Below are positions 26,471 through 39,757 of a DNA stretch of 64,000 bases, in pieces; position 1 is the stretch's first letter; each line of letters opens with the position of its first letter. Source of the DNA: Nageia nagi. Its lineage: Eukaryota > Plantae > Pinophyta. Below the pieces are notes generated by a model. That model searched no databases, had not been told where the DNA came from, and saw nothing but the letters and a program-made list of their open reading frames with translations. The stretch lies in assembly GCA_050084985.1 (NCBI GenBank), contig JBITNC010000001.1, positions 160,828,001 to 160,892,000 on the forward strand, given 5' to 3'. A program made the translations under genes and the position numbers.

Positions 26471-29049
26471 AGTTTGCCTTGCCTTGTTTATTTATCTTTG
26501 GTTTTTCAACTTAGTTCATTTATGTTTGAATTTATCTTGTCATCTTGGCTTTGTTGTTGTAGAATGTTATCTTGATCTAGTAACCCATTTATCTACCCTA
26601 AGTGTTGAGGGATGGATTATGTCCATTCACTTCCTTGAGCTTAGGTGTGTGTACCATTTATTTTATTTTACCTTTTTTGGGTTCATAGAGGCCACTAGTC
26701 ACTCATCTCCCTATCATGCATCAATCCTTGTATCATCATGTTGTTTCTATCTTTTGGTCATCACCTTGAAATTATCATTCTGTTTACCTATTCTTTATCC
26801 TCATATGAGTCGAGGTTGTTGGACATTATCTTTGGCTTGTGATGAAGCAAGTACAATCTTGGACATGCATGGAAGTTAGCCCCAAAACAATTGAATCAAA
26901 CCAAGTTATTTGTATTTATTGGCATTTTATCTTATTTTTCATACATTCATTATTTTTATTTATCTTGGTTATTGTGTCAAGTCCTTTATATTCCACTCAT
27001 GCAAGGACCCCATCCTTGATATGTCCACATGTCCAACTATGTCACTTGTCACCACACATGATCTATGAATTCCTAATGAGGATACAACCACTTGCGTCTC
27101 AATCACCATATCGATCCTCCCGATAAATCGCTCCCTTAGGATTGATCATAGGCTATAGACTATCATGGTTTCTGAGGGAAATATCCTACAACCTTGATGT
27201 GACTTGTGATAATGATGGACTTGAGTCAATTTAGAGATGTGATCATTTTTTTCCTTGTTTTATCTGTGTTTATCTCTTTTATGGTCATTTTGATATCTCA
27301 TTTATTGTCATTTGTGCTTTTGTTACATTTTTTTTGCTTTCATGTTTTGCGATTGGTTATTTTGCCAAAATTCAATTTTATTTACCTTTCATAAATTGAT
27401 CTAACCTTGACTATTTAAAACACAAATAGTTTCATTAACTTCATGTTACTTTTGGTGTCACTAGAAAGTTAGTTTCATTCATTTTCGATCACATCTTGCT
27501 TATTTGTTTCTAATTTGAAGTTGACCCTTCATACTTGTGCGTGTGATCACCTTAGCATGTCAAACTAGGTCACATTATCATATCAACTTGTAATTTGTTC
27601 CTATTTTATCTCCTTATACCTTATTATGTCTTATCATATCATTTGAAGTTGTTTCATCATCATTTCATCAACCATTTTAATTCAGGGATAAAGGTCCTAA
27701 AATTTGACCCTTGTAAAAATTGGCTATTTGATTTTTCATTTTGGTTGATCAAAAGAAGTCTATTTTAGATATGTCTTTTTCTCTTATTTTATCGATATAA
27801 ATGTGATCATACCATCAATTTTCATAGCCTAACTTCATCGTTTGGTCAATTTTTATGAGTCATTTTGAAGGCTAGTCATAACAACACACTTTCAATGAGC
27901 ACTAAAGGGTTGTCACCCTAGTCTAGGTAGTCTTTTGTTTCAATTTTGAAAATAGGTCAAATTACCTCCTTTTTCAAACTATTTGATCCTACATTTAGAT
28001 TATACAACCATTTATCATATCATCAATACCATTTGTCAAATCATCAACATGGTCATTTGTTATTATCCATCAAATTTCAAAAAATTTCACTTTTTCACAA
28101 GTGTCATTTTTGCTTTGTTTCAATTTTGGTCCAATTTGGTTGTATTTTGGTGATGTCTTGGTTTAGTTTGTGATTATGTTTATCATGATTAGCATAAGTT
28201 GAGTCTATCAAAGGGCATCTCTTCCACATGCTCTTGCCTTATTTTACGTGCCCTCATGATAAAATTCGAACAAAATTTAAACATCCCTGCAATATTTTGC
28301 CTTGTGTTTTTTTGCTTTTAATGTTTAGTTCTTTATTAGGAATTTGTTTATCTTGTTTTGTAAGTTATTTATCACATTTTCATATTTCATTTTATTTTAC
28401 ATCATTATTTTAGAGTTTATTTTGGGTTCAATCCTTTTATTTGTGATCATGTGTTTGGTTTTGTTCATGTTTTGAAGACTTATTCATTATCTTATTCTTT
28501 GTCATTGTTCATTATGGATATTTTATGTTTGTTTCTAAATAATTTTTTTTGTGTCTATCATTATATTTATTCTTTTGTGTGTTTAAACATACAAGTTCAT
28601 TTACCCATTTGATACAAGTCCATTTTTAGGTCTTTCTTTTAGGTTCATTTTTGAATTTTTTTTATCATTATTCATTTAAATTCGTTTAAGGTCCTTTTAA
28701 ATTCCTTTTAGGTGTTCATTTTAAGGTTTATTTTAAGTTTTTTTAGGTTCATGTAATGTTGTTTACATGCATCCATCATTCACATTCATATCATATAAAT
28801 AAGTATAATATATACATTCATCCATAGCATTAAATATACAAGCATATAGGTCAAAAGGGAGTCATCATTTATCATATCAATGTCAAAATAAGTACATCCA
28901 TTGTAGGTCACATATACATAAAATAAATACATGCATAAATATCCATCATAAAGTGTGATCATATAAGTCAATGTTAATGTACATATACATGTGAGTGTAT
29001 CAAACTACCTATACAACATCATCACATGCACAATGACACCAAAAACATC

Positions 29050-31020
29050 CATGTCTACCTATCCACACCCCTATGGTGTGCTATCACCCTATCTCTTGTG
29101 TTGAATAAGGGGAGTGTTCATCCCCTTCTATCCCTCTACCTACATCTCTATCAGGCTACTCTCTCTCTCTCATGGCCTTGCTCTGACTAGTTGAGGGTGG
29201 TGACCTAAAAAATTGCCCAATGACTTGAGAAATGGCTCATCTAACAAACCCACCTACATCTACCCCTATCTTGCCACCTACCTCCATCCATATCATCATG
29301 GTTATCTCTACTATGGATAGCACTAGATGTCATACTAAGTGCCTCTCACTACGATGGCTCCTTATCATGCTATGAGACATGCTCCTTGCTATCGATGCTA
29401 CCCTAAAGGTCTCTAAGAACTTAGTACTACTACTCATACCACCTCTACCATTTCTTGTATAGCTAATACTATGATCTTAGTAGCCTTTTTTGTATCTAAT
29501 TGCATCACTACTAGGTCCATCTAGGCTTGCATCTTGCCCACATATACCTACATTGCATCATGCTTTGCTTATTATTGTGCCATTTAGGGGTTGAGCTCTT
29601 GCATCTCAAACTCTAGGGTCTTTCCCCTTAGCTCCCCTCTCTTTGGCTCATTCCCCTTTTGCTCTAGCTATCCAAAATATCCTCCTCCATCCTTAAATAC
29701 TCCTCCTCCTCTCCATCACCCTAAGCATCATCCTTGACCTCCCTCCTCATCCTCTTTGATCTCCTCATTTGCCACCTCCTCAAAACTTGGATTGACTCCT
29801 CCCTCAAGGACCCATGGTTCTATGATGGGAGCTCCCCTCTACCTCTCCATGATGAGCCACACATGTAGCTAGGTCTACTATGGGGCCCACTAGGTATCAT
29901 ACTTAGGCATGGTGCCCACATCATCCACTATTGCTTTGATTAAAGATGCATTTGGCATCACATCTAGATTAATGTACACTAACCCTATCCTAATCGGGGC
30001 ATTTCTATCCACCCTACCATATAAAACTAGCTCTAGTGGCACAACATGAATCAATCCAATTGGTATTAAACCCACTTGAATTTGAATATCTCCATATCCC
30101 TAATGTGGTATCCCCTGATGTATCTCATCCTAAAGGCACATACCAGCTACATGACATCCTCCACCCATACTTTCCCTCCCTGATTGGGATGATGAATGAT
30201 GTCATAGGGAGGAATTCCTACAAGCATATCTATGTACCAATTTGTGTTATCCCTCATGAGGGCATCTCCTAGGCCTCTCCTTCTCATGCTCCCAACATCG
30301 AGCATATGGAAACTCTATCCCTACAATTAGGGAGATGTCCCATCATCTTCAACCTATGTATGTCTACTAAAAGTATGTTTTTCCTCCCAAGATGAATCTG
30401 CTCCCATGTCCATATTTAGAGTAGGAGTGAGGTGCTCACATCTCACTATCCTTTAGCTATTATGGTTAGCTCTTTGCAAGTTTGTACTAGTAATGCTAGC
30501 CCCTAAGAATAAACTATGCTCTCAAGCACCATCCTCCTCACTACCTCAACCATTTTTTTAAGGGAACTTGGGTTTTAAGGAATCTAGAAAAATGAAAGAT
30601 GATATCAATAACATGGCTATCACCTCTCTCTATTCGAGGCATCCCTAATGATACATCATATCAATGAGCACCTCACCATTGTTGAGGTCCCACATCCTAT
30701 ACCCCTCTCTGACATACATTTTGATGACCATCCTATCTATAGCCATTGTGACTTTCTCTCCCTTGAGCGACACTCATAATATCCAATAGATGTCCTTGAG
30801 AGTCACTATCATCTCCCTTGTTTGGAGAAGAAAAGTGCATCGATTAGGGACAAAGTGCTCCCTGAGAGATATCATGTAGGAAGTATCTCTGTTAATAGGG
30901 AGAATCTTGGCTTCTCCTATGATCCCTACAATCTTTATCCAATCCTAATTTTCTTGGGTCAGTACAACTCTCACCTCTATCTAGAGCAATCAAAATTCGT
31001 GCCTAAGTTTCATATAGCAT
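29050..31020 (-). pseudogene. antisense extra ORF with aminotransferase-like plant mobile domain (PMD)
   Basis: Minus strand reads EHFVPNRCTFLLQTREMIVTLKDIYWIL*VSLKGE and FIFLDS...YS*GLALL...LLL*IWTWEQ, matching the PMD motifs TF....EMT.TL.D, YSWG.A.L and LLQ.W.WE. A purine-rich charged tail follows. Confidence 0.8.
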
Positions 31021-32654
31021 AAAGTTTGATGTATTAGTCTTTTATTTGTTTATCATGTCTATTGCTAAGTTAGGAGTCTCTATGTCTATGTTAGTCCTAT
31101 GTGTCACCTAAGATATCTTTTTGCATTTAATCTAAGTCATATTTTCAATTCTTTTCTTCACTTTTCTTTATAACAAAATCATCCTCTTAATGGGTGACTA
31201 GATTAACCTAGTCATCTAGATATTAGATGACTTTGTAGGTCATCTAAATAATTTTTATAATCATCCTTCATAAAGAATGACCCTCCAAATTAGATCATTC
31301 AAGATTAAAATGATTTGTATAGTCTAAAAATTGAAAAAAATAACATTATCAAGAGGATAATTTCAAATTGCAAATCTACATAAAAATTAAAACTTACATA
31401 TTATACAATAAAATTGGCTACTCTTCTATAATATCATAAATTTACGATTGGTTTTCCATTTACTATTTTATTTGTCGGTATCCCCTTTGTTATGTTTAAA
31501 CATGATAGGAGGATTCTTTCATTGTTTATGCTACTGCCTAGTGTCTGCAATCATTTCTTGCATTTGTTTGTTTTATTTTATCCAACTATGATGAATGGCT
31601 ACAACCACCATTCTCAAAATTCTTTGTCTATTGAAAAAACCCTTGCAATGTAATGATTATTCATATTTTTTCTAATTTTATAAATTCTACTAGGTGAGAT
31701 TTTTGTCATTATGTTTACCAACATGTGTTACTCTCCCCTCGTTATCCATAATCTTGTTGTTTTAACTATTTAAATTCATCAACAAAAGAGAGAAACAATA
31801 ACAAGGGTTTTCTTTTAAGCCTATGTTAATACAATTGGGTTTCATTTCTTATAACTACATGTTTAATCCTATGCTAAGAAAGCATTTATTTAATCCATTG
31901 TTCAAAATATGATAGAAAAACAAATGCGAACTTGCAAAGTCAAAGCACCAAAATAGAGGGCTTTCAAGTGTTAGGTGACCTACCTTCTTGGGGGAAGTTC
32001 TTCCCCACTGGATTGACCTCCTCCTAGTTTTGGTGCCTCCATGTGGTCTCATAATTGATTAGATTCCTATCAATAATCAGCTCACTATTGATCAAATAAG
32101 TCTTTCTATATTATCATCCACTTTGTCAGTTTCTAAGAAATGATAAACTAGCAGGGTCATAGTAAATAGTCTCAAGCTCCACACAATCATAGTAAACAAC
32201 TTTCATAGTAATAGTGCTCTTTAAACACCAAAATCCAACAGTCAAAATGATTCACAATCAAGTCAATTTTATCTTTTTATTTTTCTTTTTAACCTTAATT
32301 GGATCATCCATATGATTCTTAAATGCCTAGATGATTTGATAAACCCTAGTCATATGGATGATCCTTAATCATTCAAATGATTTTCTTGGTCTATGTGGTA
32401 CTTTATAACACCTCTAGTCATGCTCATCATTTCTTGTTCTATTCAATCAAACCATCAAACATCTTATCTTATCATCCATCACACCTTCCCATTTAAGGGG
32501 GAGAAATTCACACATGATTTTAAACTAATCAAATTTTTGCATTTTAAAAGGTACATCATTGACATCATTAGGGGCATGTTAGATGTATGGTCAATCTTTC
32601 TTTCATCATGAATGTTCACTAGATGATTATTATCTCGATATTATGGACTAGTAA

Positions 32655-32880
32655 TAACATATTTTGACATCATCATGCCTAATATTGTCACTTTAAGTTG
32701 ACATGATAGATTGGCAATCATCATAATTTGACATCATCATGTTTGATATGGTCATTATAGCTCATCATGGTGGATTATCAATAAACACATTCTAACATCA
32801 CCATGTTTGATATTATCAGCTCAACATGATATGATTGATTTTTGATCAACATACTCAGATTTCATCATGTTTAGCTTAGT
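32655..32880 (+). repeat. ~64-bp tandem repeat in Gypsy 3' region
   Basis: GACATCATCATG-type cores at ~32665, 32730, 32794 and 32858. Confidence 0.6.
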
Positions 32881-33435
32881 CATTCTTGTGCAAGCATCAT
32901 ATGCTTGCATGCTATGATCCCATGCTTGGTAGGTATGTGTGTCTTGATCATTTCCCTTCAAATTCTAGGAAAAAGTAGATGTAGACACCCTTTAACTGTT
33001 GGAGCAAAGCAAAGATCATTCCCTTTAAGTATTGGGGAAAAAAAGAGATCATTTCATGTTCAATACTTAGATTAGATTAAATTAAAGTTTTGTTTTACTG
33101 TTATAATGGTCACTTGGTCTACATGTCATATTTTTATTACAAGTCCATTAGCATGAGATCCAATCCTTTCTTATATGACCTATCATCCATAAAAACTAGA
33201 CTTTATGGGATCCTCATGGTGCTCAATTTCATCTTATACAACCTATCATGTGCTAAAACCAAATAGGGATCGAGTGATTAGGATGATCTTATATGACCTT
33301 TCATGTATTGAAAATAGATCTCATCTTGATCATTTTGCTATCATATATCATTTATCATTATCAACTATCATTATCAGTTTACCATTTAACCTTGTACTTC
33401 TGTACTTAGCTTCTCACAGGTTTGAAGCTCACAAC

Positions 33436-33448
33436 AAAAAGGGGTAAC
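33436..33448 (+). promoter_or_regulatory. polypurine tract
   Basis: AAAAAGGGGTAAC immediately before the 3' LTR. Confidence 0.8.
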
Positions 33449-34558
33449 TATAAACACCTCCAAAATATGTTTTTAACCAAACTATTAGAGGACCTAATCA
33501 TTCTAAAGACTGTGTAACCATCCAAATGACTATGTAATCATTCAAATGATCTTGACTATTTATTTTTTAAAAAAAGTAGTTAGGACACCATTTTGCAGAT
33601 CTTCATAATTTTTCATAGAATTTCCTAAGTTTTCAAAGCAGTTATAGAGAAAAAAAGAGCATAAACAAGTAACATTGAGTACTCATCACCATTAGTTAGG
33701 ATTTTGCAAGAAATCCACCATGGAATAGCATTTGCAAGGTTATCTCACACCACCAACGGTGGATTGGAGGTATCTTTCTTGTGAATGAATTATGAACATA
33801 CATGAATGTATCTTGTTTGTGTGAGGGTTTTGTAGGTTTTGAAGAGTTGAAAGAATACCTGTATCCTTATTATATCATAGATTTTCTTATTTACATATGT
33901 TTGTGTGACATTTAAGGATTCCTTAGGCGAATATCATTTTATATTCAAATCATTATAAAGATCCATTATAATTGCATCTTTTGGTATATGTGAGCATACA
34001 TTCTTGATCATTGTAGCACTATCATTATGTAAATCATATTAAATATTGATTATGGCATAGATCTTGTGTTCATATCATTATCTTGATTATTTTTGGGTGT
34101 TGGCATGGTTTAATCTTAAATCATCCATAATTTATCATTTATTATCACTTGTCACCATTCTTGTCACATCATTTAGCATTTTTCAATATCATTTATTATT
34201 AAAAATAGGTAAATAGCATATCATATTGCATTTATGCATAATTTCTTATCTTCTTTCCATCCATTTGAATGTGTAAAAGGGAGTCTACTTTCTCTTTGAG
34301 CTAGGACTTGCCCTACTTGATTGGATATAAGTTCTTAAGGGCTTGTAGTTAGAGGCTTCCTTTTAACATAGTTTATTTTGTAGGATTCCCTAGACATATC
34401 AAGAACATTAAGAACAAGCCATTTCTCATCCTTGCCATGATCATTTGAGCACAAATATCAACTATAGAAAAGATTTAGTTAATAATCTTTTTATACCTTG
34501 AGGTTTTTTTGTAAATGGTACCCTAACCTCTTGTTTGAAGGATCTTTTGAGGTTTATA
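33449..34558 (+). repeat. 3' LTR of Gypsy element
   Basis: Homologous to the 5' LTR. Termini decayed to TATAAACA...GGTTTATA; carries an extra block near 34190-34255. Confidence 0.95.
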
Positions 34559-34563
34559 GATAG

Positions 34564-34765
34564 TCATTTGTTTTTGTGGGACTTAATAAGACTATTTCAG
34601 TGGGATAGTTGACTATTTATATGGGATAGTTGATTATTTATGTGGGATAGTCTATTACTGCAATGCAATAATAGAGTATTTCACTGAATTGTGATATGAT
34701 TATTTATGTATTATAGTCTATTACTATAATGAGATAGTTTACTATTTCTATGGGATAGTCAACTT
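34564..34765. repeat. ~20-bp palindromic minisatellite, right part
   Basis: The same GGGATAGTTGACTATTT units resume immediately after the TSD. Confidence 0.9.
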
Positions 34766-36465
34766 ATTTTCTAGGTCAAGAAAGTTATAATTTGCTATAG
34801 TTTTATTATTTTGAATAATTTTTTATCATCAACTAATGATCATTTCATACTTAGTAAGCACTAATCAAAATGAAATGAAACATGGATTCCATTCAACCTG
34901 AAAGCATGTATGGATCATTATTCGGTAATATATAAATCTTTGGGATCAACTTACATGTATATGAAAAGATCAAATTTAATGTTGATATAAATAATGGATG
35001 GCAATCAATTAACATTCAAAATTTTAATCACTACACATTCATTCATGATATGGTACTAGTACATATTCAAAATGGTGTACAACATTTACCACATTATAGT
35101 ATGGGTCTTCAAAAATAAATTGATAATCAATCTCAAGGTCTTTAGAAGATTACATTGTACACAAACATATTTTCTACTCCCTACTTCTATCTATATCTAT
35201 TTCTCTTTCTCTATCTAAATCTACATCAAAGCTATGTTTGCAAGCCTTTTTGGCTCTTAAAATTGGAGGAAAACTTGCATTCAACATGGATGGTAAAGAA
35301 CACCTTCTAACTGAAATTCGATCAACCAAATCTCTTGTACATTTAATACTTGATCATGTGATTTATGGCAGCCATTCCCTTAAATTGATCACATGTTGCC
35401 TTAAAAATTTGAGCCAAATATTGTAACAAAATATCACCTACTTCCAAGGATAAAGTGCATTCAACTAGCTCAATCAATTTACACTTTCTTAATGTTGTTC
35501 GTTTAACCTCTGCTTCACTCAATTTGGTATAAACATCACTTTTTCCTTCAACTTCACTAATGGTACGTTGTTCAACCTAGATTAATGAGTGTAATAAATA
35601 TTATTTTAGATTGATATAAACTCTACAAGACATAAAATTAAAATAATTTAAACATACATCAAGTGGATTCCTATCAATCTAGTTGTCCATACTAACATCT
35701 TGCCATTTAACAAGGTTCAATTAAGAAACATAAATAACTCACAAAAGCATATATTTAAAGTATTTTAAAAAATATAGTGAACAAAGTATAGAAAATATCT
35801 TATCCAAGTTCTAATTATATCTCCTTTTCTTGTATATTTTGTGGGTTCTTATCAATCGAGTACTCTATACTATCATTATGCCATCATTCTTGTTATTAAA
35901 CATTTGACATTAGCTACATACAAACAATAAATTAAGAATAACAAAAAAAAATTAAAAACATATAATCATATCATTTAAAAAAATATAGTGAAAAAGGGCA
36001 CTCACAAGTGTCTCATTTCTTAATCTTTCTCACATCAAGTTTACCTTTATCATATGTTTGCATAGGTATCCTTGTTGTGAAAAAGGGCACTCACACATTT
36101 TGAATTTGGGATTGATTTGAAAAACTCTATATGCCTTTCAATCATCACTTTGACTTTGAACCCATGCATGTGTTGGCTCGGTATGGTAAAAAGTGACATA
36201 GATATCTAATATTTTTTTTCCTTGCACCATAATAGATTCTCAATCTTTTCAACCCTTATGTTGTGGTAAAAACTATTTTCCTTAAAATTTTGTGTCCATA
36301 GTAATGAACATACACAATAGTTTTCAAATTATGAACAAGCCAATCAACCCTCCTATGAATTGCAATAAAAATAGATTTTAACCATACATACTTCAAATGT
36401 GAGTGGTATGATTCAATGGCTTGATTTGTTTCTTGGACAACATGGGGCATGGTATGACAACATTT

Positions 36466-36969
36466 TGAGATAATTAAATTGTAACAAGAACAATCTTAAA
36501 CTACAAATATCACATGAAAGGTCTCATTCACATCCAACAAACTCACAAATAAGATAATCTCACAAAGTAACTCAAGATGTAAAGTGGTTCCTCCAACTAG
36601 GAGTACATCCACTAACTAGATCTTTACTTCAATCACAAATACAACTCTCTTACAATCCTTCTAATCTCAACTCCTACACTTCTATCCTATAGCATAACTT
36701 TACTCCATAATTGGTATGTGACCACAAAGAGGGAGCCTTCTATTTATAGGCCAAAATCCCTCTTTGGATCACCCTTTTATCTAATGTACAAAAGCATGAC
36801 ATGCACATCCTTTTACCCAAGGGGCATGCTCATGACATGGAGTGTAGGACAAGTTACATTATCATATTCACTTAAATACTTAAGGTATAAAATGATACCC
36901 TTAAGTATTAATGAATATACATAGAAGATTTAATACAAACTTTACAATAATGCATTATACATTCCAACA
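36466..36969 (-). mobile_element. solo LTR of Copia family
   Basis: TG...CA termini and TSD CATTT (36461-36465, 36970-36974). Homologous to the LTRs at 56218-56723 and 61856-62354. Removing it restores the transposase frame. Confidence 0.93.
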
Positions 36970-37247
36970 CATTTTGCCTACATGCCTATCCTACCAAGCC
37001 AACTATCATTGAAGTATTTCACAAATGTCTCTTCTTTTTATTGTTTTGGAAGCTTGATTATGGAGGTGGTTGCATCATCCTCATTTGAAGATGTATGCAT
37101 AATCTCACCTAACTATTTAAATATCTCTTGATGACATACATCATCCTTGACTTTGGCTATAAGATTTTTTAGCCATGCTCGAAGAACATGCCAAATGCAT
37201 AAATACACCTCACATTTAAATGCCTCTCCATTTCAAATGCATAAAAT

Positions 37248-37700
37248 CTATTACTAAAAAGGTTTTTTTAAAAATGCTATATAAGTTTTTAAGCAAATAT
37301 GATTGTTAGATGTAAAGCCAAACTTTGCAACATTTGCTAGCATTCTTCCAACATATGCCATGATGGGAGATGTAGAATAAGGTATAGTTTAAAATGATTT
37401 TGCATTGAATATTTCTATTTTGAATGCCCCAATATACATGTATGAAAAATGTAGAAGAAAAAATAAGAACTAAAAATTATTTGAAAATATGCATGATGAA
37501 ACATAGTTTTATTGACTGTAATGATTATAAGATATGCACATAAAAGGTTTTCTAAAAAAGGCTCTACAAAATTTTAGACAGATGCAAGTGTTAAGTGTAA
37601 AGGAAAAATATGCAACCTTTTCCATCATTCTTCCAACATATTCCACCATGTAACATATTTTAATTGACTATAATGATCATATGATATGCATAAATAATGT
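37248..37700 (+). pseudogene. PPR gene fragments inside transposase intron (antisense)
   Basis: Reads VFKQI*LLDVKPNFATFASILPTYAMMG, NAPIYMYEKC, KLFENMHDE and FRQMQVLSVKEKYATFSIILP. Confidence 0.8.
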
Positions 37701-39561
37701 TGTCACATCCCAACATACAACTAATTTCAAATATTGAATTAATAAAAGAAAATATTTAGAATATTAAATGAATAAAAGGAAATATTTATAATATTACCTA
37801 ATGGAATTGATCTCTATTGTGGAATCATATACCATGAATGCATTCAACATCCATGTAGGCTCATGTACAAGAACTTTGGTCTTGATTTTCTCCATCCATT
37901 GCTTAATATTTGAACTACATGCGCTAGAACAAATCACCTAAGAAATAGGAATCCCATTATGGTAGGTGTTAAATGCTAACAATATGTACAGCATAAACTT
38001 CATTTTATTGGTTTCGAATGTTGAATCTATAACTATCAAATTGTTATGTTCATACTTTATCATCCACTCTAGTTGTTCTAGTATTTGAATGCCCAAACCA
38101 AATGGCTACTCAACTTCTTGACTCTCCCCACCATGATACTCTTCATAGTGGAAAATTTTATCTTGATTAACACCTTACCAAATTAGAATGCTTTATGCAT
38201 CATTCTCATGGAACATGAACACCTTCTATTTCAAATTCTTTTAAAGATTGAGAATGTCCTTCTTAGTGAGAAAGTCATCTCTATTTGTTTTGCCTTTAAA
38301 TAATGTAATTTTTTCATGAACCATATTTTGATGCTTTTTGTGAATAACATCTACTAGTAATTCTAATAAGAGTAAATTTTGAACCCACTCAAGAAAACCT
38401 TTACTAAGATGCGGAGCATGGTATGCTCTAGTACCTTTAAAATTGCCAATCCTTTGCCCATGGCAAATTTTTCCATCTTGATCAACATGTTCCATTTCTA
38501 AGTAGGTTAACAATGCTAGATGAGGTTTCTTAGTAAGAATTTTAACACTAAAGTGATATTGAAATCCTTGTATGATGTGCTTTCTACTAGGTATACTATT
38601 GGCCCCTTTCTTCGGCCTATTATCTTCCTCATATCATACTTTAATGGCATCGATTTCTCTAAAATCCTTGTTTCCATATGAACACCAATATCTAAAAGAA
38701 TTACAAATTTTGAATATGTACAATTAAAACTTTGATTACATGTAAAGTATTAGATTATGATGCAAAAACATATTATAGTAAAACACAATATATTAAAGTA
38801 GATGACTTATTGAGTATAATTGAATGACCTATCCACCCATATGCATTCCCCTTCTTAGGATCTAACTTAATGATAGTATGTTAGTTTTCAAAACTTGTTG
38901 GACATATGGAAAACTTAGATTCTCCTTTAATGAAATTAGCAATTTGAATTTGTTCATCTCTTTCTTGATTTCCCAACACCATTTCCCATTGAATATGGTC
39001 ACGAAAAAACATTCTAACAAGAGGTTCATTTAGTGGGAGAGAGTTAATTATGTTCCACTTTCGTACCATGCTTGCTAGGTTGGCATAAAAAAGAATTCAA
39101 TTATACAATCTTTAAAGCCTTTTAGGAACCACATGCACTTGCACAATGCATATAACTAAAACATATTTATTATTTCAATATGGGGTACAAATGAAAAATT
39201 GATCATAGAAACACTTACTCCTAGGATTGCAACACAGTGCAAACCAATTAGGAAAAGCATACACCCAACTATATGAGGAGGATAAACTAAAGAGATTGGA
39301 ATCAAAATTTGTAAGAGAATTTGAAATGTAGGATAATATGATATTTTCTTTTTACTGAATGTGAAAGTATTCTTCAATATTCAATCAACTATATTTTATT
39401 AATATGCTTGCTACATGATTTATTTATCTTTGAATTTTTAAATTATAAATCTCTCCTTAAGATATTGGTCATTTGTCATTGTAGTGGCATTTGGATGTTT
39501 TTGGATATATTTTACTCTATAAGCTATTATTTTATCACTTGATGTTTATTTTGCATAAAAG

Positions 39562-39757
39562 AGAGCCTTATCCATATGAGTATTAGAACCTGCTTAGAAT
39601 GATGCCCTCTTGGCACATGAAGCAATAAGAAAGTGGAGCCCAAAGAACAAGTTACTTTTGGAATTGAGCTTTTGACAATTAGATAATCATATCATGCTTT
39701 ATATAAGAAGTCATTTGAAGAAGATATTGCTTCATATACACAGGGAGACTTCTATAA
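39562..39757 (+). pseudogene. annexin exon fragment
   Basis: Reads RALSI*VLEPA..DALLAHEAIRKWSPKNK..IR*SYHALYKKSFEEDIASYTQGDFYK|GTAC, matching plant annexin repeat 2 and ending at a GT donor. Confidence 0.85.

Larger units (their letters stand above)
17023..34558 (+). mobile_element. Ty3/Gypsy LTR retrotransposon with both LTRs, Tat/Ogre-like, decayed
   Basis: Two homologous LTRs, 5-bp TSD GATAG (17018-17022 and 34559-34563), PBS, PPT, gag-PR-G-patch-RT-RH-IN order and a long 3' region. Confidence 0.95.
35230..39069 (-). pseudogene. MULE transposase with SWIM zinc finger (At1g60560/At4g13970-like subfamily), multi-exon
   Basis: Minus strand reads PFGLGIQ..WMIKYEHNNLIVIDSTFETNKMKFMLY..GIPIS*VI..NAFMVYDSTIEINSIR|EAFKCEVYLCIWHVLRAW..ETNQAIESYHSHLK..RRVDWLVH. 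The SWIM motif CECP..QGYLCKH is at ~36050-36100. Confidence 0.9.

Noticed and set aside
26484-28971. Hydrophobic short ORFs as an env-like gene
   Set aside because: Explained by the T-rich composition of the Gypsy 3' non-coding region; no consistent frame.
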